NCBI GenBank assembly: GCA_036676395.1
Contig: JAKFCY010000002.1
Location: forward strand, 1,184,001-1,248,000
Reading direction: 5' to 3'
From: Bdellovibrio sp.
GTDB lineage: Bacteria > Bdellovibrionota > Bdellovibrionia > Bdellovibrionales > Bdellovibrionaceae
DNA length: 64,000 bases
The position numbers and the translations under genes were made by a program. Positions 58,370 to 64,000 of the stretch are shown in pieces. Each line of letters opens with the position of its first letter. The first letter of the stretch is position 1. The notes beneath the pieces were generated by a model. The model searched no databases. It saw only the letters and a program-made list of their open reading frames with translations, and had not been told where the DNA came from.

Positions 58370-59584
58370 TTGAAAGTTATCATATTTGCAAACGTATTTT
58401 GGCCAGAACAGTTTCTGATTAATAATCTAGCAACACATCTCGAGGCTCAAGGGCATGTTGTCACTGCCTATACGGGGCTTCCGCATTATCCTGCGGGGCG
58501 ATTTTTTCCGGGCTATTCATTGTTAAATGGCCCGTATGTTCAGAAGACTGAGTTTGGCACAATCATCCGTTACCCGATGATTCCGCGTTTTAAACATTTC
58601 GTTTTTTTAGCTCTTAATTATTTTTCAAATTTGATTTCTGCGATCTTAAACCTTTGGCGTTTACCTAAGGCTGATGTTTATTTTGTTTTCGCAGTTTCAC
58701 CGATTTTTAAGGTGATACCGGCAATAATTTTACGTTTTTTTACGAAAAGACCAGTCGTGGTTTGGTATCAAGATTTGTGGCCAGATAGTTTTTTTGCCGT
58801 GACTAAAATTAGCCAACGCGGAATTTTAGCGTCTGCGCTAAAGTCGATTACTCGGTGGATTTATAAAAAAGTCGATTGCATGCTGATTCAAAGTGAAGCT
58901 TTTCGCTCTGAGTTATTAAAAGCTGGTTATGATAAACCTATATATTACGTACCTAACTGGGCTAGTGCATCAGTTAAGAGTGTCGGCGAACCTGAATGGC
59001 TGAAGCTTATTCCTCCGGGTAAAAAAACTTTAACTTTTGCAGGTAATATCGGTCATGCGCAGGGTTTGGATGTAGTGCTGCGAGTGATGAGTCAGCTAAA
59101 ACAAACTAACCTGCAATTAGTCATTGTCGGCGATGGCAGTGCGAAAACCGAACTTGAAAAAACAGCCCAGAACTTGGGATTAACTAATGTTTTATTTTTA
59201 GGACGCCGACCTTCAGAAGACATGTCTGCATTATTTGCAAAGAGTGATTTTTTATTGGTTTCGTTAAAAAAAGATTATTTATTTTCATTAGTTATTCCAT
59301 CAAAAGTGCAAGCTTATATGCAAGCTGGTAAACCGGTGGTCGCCTTTCTAGATGGTGAAGGTGCTCGCGTTGTTACTGAAGCAAAATGTGGTGTGAGCGC
59401 AGTTGCTGAAGACCCTCATTCTTTAGTAAATGCTTTGAATGCGTTACTTAAGGCCGATACTACGAAGTTAGAAGTTATGGGTTCAGCTGGGCGAGTTTAT
59501 TTTGAAAAGAATTTCACCGAAGCCAAAGTGATGTCTCAGATTGAAGAAATTTTACAAGATTTTAGCCAAAAGGAAGTAAAATGA
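58370..59584 (+). CDS. GT4 glycosyltransferase, WbuB-like
   Basis: FWPE, PHYPAG, QDLWPDS, FAGNIG.AQGL, IPSKVQAYM..GKP; TTG start. Confidence 0.88.
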   Translation: MKVIIFANVFWPEQFLINNLATHLEAQGHVVTAYTGLPHYPAGRFFPGYSLLNGPYVQKTEFGTIIRYPMIPRFKHFVFLALNYFSNLISAILNLWRLPKADVYFVFAVSPIFKVIPAIILRFFTKRPVVVWYQDLWPDSFFAVTKISQRGILASALKSITRWIYKKVDCMLIQSEAFRSELLKAGYDKPIYYVPNWASASVKSVGEPEWLKLIPPGKKTLTFAGNIGHAQGLDVVLRVMSQLKQTNLQLVIVGDGSAKTELEKTAQNLGLTNVLFLGRRPSEDMSALFAKSDFLLVSLKKDYLFSLVIPSKVQAYMQAGKPVVAFLDGEGARVVTEAKCGVSAVAEDPHSLVNALNALLKADTTKLEVMGSAGRVYFEKNFTEAKVMSQIEEILQDFSQKEVK

Positions 59585-60450
59585 AAATTTTAGTGTTCGG
59601 TGCCAGCGGTATGATAGGGCATCAAATGTGGTACAAGCTGAATAAAGAATTTCCTGGTCATGTGTATGGTACAGTTAGGCAGTCTTTGAATCACTATGAA
59701 CAATTTAAAATATTTGATTCTAAGTATTTGATTCCCAATTTGGATGCGACTGATTTTGCCAAAGTCTTACAGGTGCTTGATCAAGTAAAGCCTGATGTGG
59801 TGTTAAATTGCATAGGTATCACTTTGCGAAAGCCTGAGGCCAAAAATTTAGAACTATGTACAGAGGTTAACTCGCTATTTCCCCAGCGCTTAGATAAATG
59901 GGCTGCGCAGCATCAAAAACGTCTTATTCATTTTAGCACCGACTGTGTTTTTGCAGGTAGTGACGGCATGTACTCTGAAACTTCGATTCCGGATGCTCAG
60001 GATATTTACGGAAAGACCAAATTTTTAGGTGAAGTTTCGGGAAGCCATTCGCTGACACTGCGATGTCCGATTATTGGTCGCGAAATCGAAGGAAAAACCG
60101 AGCTTGTCGAGTGGTTTTTGAAACAAAAAAATAACAAAATTAAAGGTTACGCCAATGCCATTTATAGTGGGATCACAAGCGCCGAGATGGCCCGCCAAAT
60201 TATTTTAATTATTCGTAAGTTTTCGAATTTAACAGGTCTTTATCAGATCTCGGCTGCGCCGATCAGTAAGTATGAGCTTTTACAGTTGTTAAATCAAATT
60301 TCTGGCCTTGGTGTAACCATAGATAAAGACGAAGGTTATAGTACTAATAAAAGCTTGGATTCTAAAAAATATCGACAAGTGACTGGTTATGTTCCACCAT
60401 TATGGAGTGCGATGTTAACTGAAATGATGGAAGAGAAGTTTTATGACTAG
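59581..60450 (+). CDS. RmlD-like SDR 4-reductase (QnlA/WbvR-like)
   Basis: GASGMIG, NCIG, HFSTDCVF, YGKTK; 289 aa with no cupin domain. Confidence 0.78.
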   Translation: MKILVFGASGMIGHQMWYKLNKEFPGHVYGTVRQSLNHYEQFKIFDSKYLIPNLDATDFAKVLQVLDQVKPDVVLNCIGITLRKPEAKNLELCTEVNSLFPQRLDKWAAQHQKRLIHFSTDCVFAGSDGMYSETSIPDAQDIYGKTKFLGEVSGSHSLTLRCPIIGREIEGKTELVEWFLKQKNNKIKGYANAIYSGITSAEMARQIILIIRKFSNLTGLYQISAAPISKYELLQLLNQISGLGVTIDKDEGYSTNKSLDSKKYRQVTGYVPPLWSAMLTEMMEEKFYD

Positions 60451-61522
60451 TAATACATTTTTTAATAATAAAACGATTTTAGTTACTGGTGGCACTGGCT
60501 CAATGGGTAAAACTTTTGTGCGCCGAGTTTTGTCTGGCGAAATGGGCACCCCGAAAAAAATCATCGTCTTATCGCGTGACGAAGGCAAACAGCATAATAT
60601 GCGGTTAAGTTACCTGAATAAACAAAGCTCGACAGATGAGACTGTTTATAACAACTTTAAAAACCTATTAGAATTTCGCATTGGTGATGTTCGTAATTTT
60701 TCTGATGTCGTATCGGCGCTAAAAACTGTAGACATTGTTATCAATGCAGCAGCGTTAAAACAAGTTCCAAGCTGTGAATATTTTCCTGAACAAGCGATGA
60801 TGACAAACTGTCTTGGTGCTTACAACATTGTACGTGCTATTCGCGAGCACGATATTCCGGTTCACACAGTGGTGGGCGTATCTACCGATAAAGCATGCAA
60901 ACCAATTAATGCTATGGGTATGACGAAAGCTTTGCAGGAACGAATTTTTATTTCGGCAAATATTTTAAAACCTTCAACACGTTATTTATGCGTTCGTTAC
61001 GGCAATGTTTTAGCAAGCCGTGGTTCGGTGATTCCGTTGTTTCATGATCAAATTAAAAATGGCGCAGCAGTTACAATCACCGATGTGGGAATGACTCGAT
61101 TTTTATTATCATTAAATCATGCTGTAGATACGGTTTTCAAAGCTTTACTTGATGGTAAGGCTGGTGAAATTATTGTTCCGCGCGCGCCAGCGGCGTTAAT
61201 GACTGATGTGGCTAAAGTTTTAATTGGCGATCGAAAAATTGAAACTAAAATTACAGGGATTCGCCCTGGTGAAAAGCTTCACGAGATTATGGTTTCTGAT
61301 GAAGAAGCGCCCTACGTTGAAGCCCGTGGTGATTATTTTGCAATTCGCCCGATGCTTCCTGAATTAAATCCAGAAGGCGCTAACGCCAAATCGCCATTGA
61401 AAAAGGAATTTTCGTCGGGCGACACCTTGCTGGATACAGCAGGAACAAAAGCGTTATTAACAAAACATAAATTATTGGTCGAAGATCAGCCAGGGTTTTC
61501 TGACGACGAGATGTTGAGGTAG
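60443..61522 (+). CDS. UDP-GlcNAc 4,6-dehydratase/5-epimerase (FnlA/WbjB/CapE-like)
   Basis: TGGTGSMG, AALKQVPSCE, STDKAC.PINAMG.TK, RYGNVLASRGSV, RPGEKLHE. Confidence 0.88.
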   Translation: MTSNTFFNNKTILVTGGTGSMGKTFVRRVLSGEMGTPKKIIVLSRDEGKQHNMRLSYLNKQSSTDETVYNNFKNLLEFRIGDVRNFSDVVSALKTVDIVINAAALKQVPSCEYFPEQAMMTNCLGAYNIVRAIREHDIPVHTVVGVSTDKACKPINAMGMTKALQERIFISANILKPSTRYLCVRYGNVLASRGSVIPLFHDQIKNGAAVTITDVGMTRFLLSLNHAVDTVFKALLDGKAGEIIVPRAPAALMTDVAKVLIGDRKIETKITGIRPGEKLHEIMVSDEEAPYVEARGDYFAIRPMLPELNPEGANAKSPLKKEFSSGDTLLDTAGTKALLTKHKLLVEDQPGFSDDEMLR

Positions 61523-61526
61523 TTTT

Positions 61527-62639
61527 ATGAAAGTAATGACCATTGTAGGCACTAGACCCGAGATTATTAAACTGAGCCGTATTCTGACATTACTTGATAA
61601 ATCAGTAGATCATGTTTTAGTTCATAGCGGACAAAATTATGACTATGAGTTAAATGAAGTTTTTTTTAAAGATTTAGAATTAAGAAAACCAGATTATTTT
61701 TTAAATGCCGCAGGTGAAACTGCCACTGAAACTATCGCTAAAGTTATCGCTGAAAGCGATAAAGTGATGGAAAAAGAAAAGCCAGATGCTATTTTGCTTT
61801 ATGGTGATACAAATTCTTGCTTAAGCGTTATTGCCGCGAAAAAACGTAAGATTCCAATTTTTCATATGGAAGCAGGAAATCGTTGTTTTGATCAACGTGT
61901 GCCTGAAGAAATTAACCGTAAAATTGTAGATCATTTAGCAGATATTAATATGCCGCTTTCAGAACATGCACGCCAATATCTAATTCGTGAAGGTGTGCCA
62001 GCTGACCGGATAATCAAAACGGGCAGCTGTATGCGCGAAATTTTTGAATACTTCGGGCCAAAAATTGAAGCTTCAGGTATTTTTAAGACTTTAAACGTCA
62101 AAGCAAAAGAGTATATTCTAGTCAGTATACACCGTGAAGAAAATGTGGATTACCCAGAGAATTTCACAAACTTGATCGAATCTTTAAATGTTTTAGCTAA
62201 AGAGTTAAATAAAAGAGTTCTGGTTTCAACACATCCAAGAACGAAGAAAAAGCTCGATGCTTTAACTGATGTTAAAATGAATTCACAAGTTGAATTTTTA
62301 AAGCCCTTTGGCTTTTTAGATTACAATAAATTGCAAAAATACGCTTACTGTGTGGTTTCTGATAGCGGAACAATTACTGAAGAAGCGAGTCTTTTAAAAA
62401 TGCCAGCCATCATGATTCGTAATGCTCACGAAAGACCAGAGGGTATGGATGAGGGCATCGTTATCATGTCGGGCACTGACCCAAAAGATATTCTTCAGGC
62501 AGTTAAGGTGGCAGTATCTTGCAAGCTGACGCGCGATATCCCGGATTATGATAATAACAACGTTTCAGAACAAGTCTTAAAAATTATTTTAAGCTATGTT
62601 CATTTTGTAAATCGCGTGGTCTGGCGCAAAACAACATAA
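61527..62639 (+). CDS. UDP-2-acetamido-2,6-dideoxy-L-hexose 2-epimerase (FnlC/WbjD/QnlB-like)
   Basis: GTRPEIIK, GQNYDYEL, GDTNS, HMEAGNRCFD..VPEE.NR, DSGTITEE. Confidence 0.88.
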   Translation: MKVMTIVGTRPEIIKLSRILTLLDKSVDHVLVHSGQNYDYELNEVFFKDLELRKPDYFLNAAGETATETIAKVIAESDKVMEKEKPDAILLYGDTNSCLSVIAAKKRKIPIFHMEAGNRCFDQRVPEEINRKIVDHLADINMPLSEHARQYLIREGVPADRIIKTGSCMREIFEYFGPKIEASGIFKTLNVKAKEYILVSIHREENVDYPENFTNLIESLNVLAKELNKRVLVSTHPRTKKKLDALTDVKMNSQVEFLKPFGFLDYNKLQKYAYCVVSDSGTITEEASLLKMPAIMIRNAHERPEGMDEGIVIMSGTDPKDILQAVKVAVSCKLTRDIPDYDNNNVSEQVLKIILSYVHFVNRVVWRKTT

Positions 62640-62642
62640 AGC

Positions 62643-63734
62643 ATGAATTTATATCAATTATTTAATAATTTTTATTTTCTTAACTTTTTCGTTTTCGTCT
62701 TAGCTTTGTCGATCACTTTTTTTGTTATTCCTGCGGTTATTCGCGTGGCTCATTTAAAACACCTTGTTGATGAGCCCGATAAAGACCGAAAAACACACGC
62801 AGGTCGAATTCCAAATCTGGGTGGTATCGCTATTTTTGCAGGTCTTATTATTGCATTTTCAATGTCACGCGATTTGCAGAACTTATTAGATGTAAAATAC
62901 TTAGTGCCGGCACTTATTGTGTTATTTTTTGCTGGCATTATGGATGATATTTTAGATTTAAGCCCACTTAAAAAATTGTTTGCGCAATTAATTAGCGCAT
63001 TTTTAATCGCATTCTTGGGTAATATTAAAATTAACAGTTTTTATGGGATGTTCGGGTTACAAGAAATCCCATCGGCAGTTGCAGTCATTTTTACGATCAT
63101 GGTTATTGTGACAATTATTAACTGTTACAATCTTATTGATGGAATCGACGGTCTTGCCGGAAGCCAAGGCATGTTATCGGCAATCACTTTTGGCACTTGG
63201 TTTTTGCTGACCGGGCATTGGTCATTGGCTTTTTTATCGTTTGCTTTAGCGGGTAGTTTATTAGGCTTTTTATTATTTAACTGGCCTCCGGCAAAGATTT
63301 TTATGGGAGATACCGGAGCCATGCTTATTGGCTTTATTCTTTCAGTGCTTTCTATTCATTTTATTGAATTAAATAAAGCACTAAGCATTACGCGGTTGTA
63401 CTGGGTGCATGCGTCTACAAGTGTTGCGATTGGTATTATGGCTATACCAATTTTTGATATGCTACGGGTGTTTGGCTTGCGGGTTTTACATCGTCGTTCG
63501 CCGTTTAAGCCAGATAGAACTCACTTGCACCATATTTTGATAGATTTAGGTTTAAGTCATCGCCAAGTATCTTCGTTGTTATTTGTTTGGGGTAGTTTGG
63601 TTATTTTATTGTGTATAATATTGCGAGATTTTAAGTCATCTAATCTTTTACTAGTGTTGATCGGGATAGTATTTGTTCCGTCGATGATTTTGTTGAAAAT
63701 TAGAAACAAGAAGATCGTAAAATCACAGACCTAG
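62643..63734 (+). CDS. wecA: Undecaprenyl-phosphate GlcNAc-1-phosphate transferase (WecA/TagO, MraY-like)
   Basis: GGIAIF, GIMDD, NLIDGIDG, FMGDTG, DRTHLHH; about 11 TMs. Confidence 0.88.
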   Translation: MNLYQLFNNFYFLNFFVFVLALSITFFVIPAVIRVAHLKHLVDEPDKDRKTHAGRIPNLGGIAIFAGLIIAFSMSRDLQNLLDVKYLVPALIVLFFAGIMDDILDLSPLKKLFAQLISAFLIAFLGNIKINSFYGMFGLQEIPSAVAVIFTIMVIVTIINCYNLIDGIDGLAGSQGMLSAITFGTWFLLTGHWSLAFLSFALAGSLLGFLLFNWPPAKIFMGDTGAMLIGFILSVLSIHFIELNKALSITRLYWVHASTSVAIGIMAIPIFDMLRVFGLRVLHRRSPFKPDRTHLHHILIDLGLSHRQVSSLLFVWGSLVILLCIILRDFKSSNLLLVLIGIVFVPSMILLKIRNKKIVKSQT

Positions 63735-63800
63735 ACTAGACCAGGCAAGCTTAAGCAAAATGATGCAAGACCATTTTTTATTGCTTAGACTTTGAAGGGT

Positions 63801-64000
63801 ATGAGCAAAAAACCCTACGTAAAAGCATCTGAGAAAAACTCAAGTAAACATCAAACGATTGAACAGAACGAGCCACTTTCGCCATTGCAATGGATGATTT
63901 GTGTTTTTGTAGTGATCATGCCGCTGTTGTTTTGTAAGTGGAATGATCAATCACCCTTTGAGATGATCAAGGCATATTTTTCGGCAGCTTCAATTACAGT
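63801..64000 (+). CDS. 5' part of a membrane protein running off the window
   Basis: Not in the ORF track. Open frame from ATG 63801: MSKKPYVKASEKNSSKHQTIEQNEPLSPLQWMICVFVVIMPLLFCKWNDQSPFEMIKAYFSAASIT. Confidence 0.65.
   Translation, partial: MSKKPYVKASEKNSSKHQTIEQNEPLSPLQWMICVFVVIMPLLFCKWNDQSPFEMIKAYFSAASIT

Noticed and set aside
58315..58383. Head-to-head overlap of two GT4 genes
   Set aside because: Disappears with ATG 58314 as the minus-strand start, leaving an AT-rich divergent intergenic region.
1..64000. Mobile elements, prophage, CRISPR or defence systems
   Set aside because: No transposase, integrase, phage, cas, reverse transcriptase or restriction-modification motifs recognised, and no regularly spaced repeats; intergenic gaps are too short to hold an array.

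Overview
Gene-dense, AT-rich bacterial chromosomal window. Gene content (a mevalonate cluster, DUF4360, a pectinacetylesterase-family protein, many orphan secreted proteins) suggests Bdellovibrionota; this is an inference, not a database result. 1-23.8 kb: three secreted-protein genes (one CHAD-like), rpmI-rplT, a mevalonate cluster (fni, mvaA, phosphomevalonate kinase, mvaD, mevalonate kinase) followed by a polyprenol-phosphate mannose synthase-like GT2, an SDR, two RNA methyltransferases, pheS-pheT-ihfA-MerR, a DEAD-box helicase, secreted proteins and an O-antigen ligase. 23.8-64 kb: a ~40 kb surface-glycan locus with frequent strand switches, containing manC, pstCAB, galU, gmhA, pgi, wecB, three different initiating transferases, and pathways for bacillosamine-type sugar, GDP-colitose/fucose, CDP-3,6-dideoxyhexose plus a split transketolase (possible branched sugar) and L-QuiNAc/L-FucNAc. 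I saw no rRNA, tRNA, CRISPR array or mobile element. Best leads: (1) a signal-peptide-bearing CHAD (polyphosphate-binding) protein; (2) a C-R-x-L-F-E-P motif shared just after the signal peptide of two unrelated neighbours; (3) a secreted protein with a caspase/gingipain-like His-Cys dyad; (4) the ddh + split-transketolase module; (5) repeated sigma70-like promoters ending 8-9 nt before SD-less start codons, suggesting leaderless mRNAs. All family calls are from motifs read by eye.
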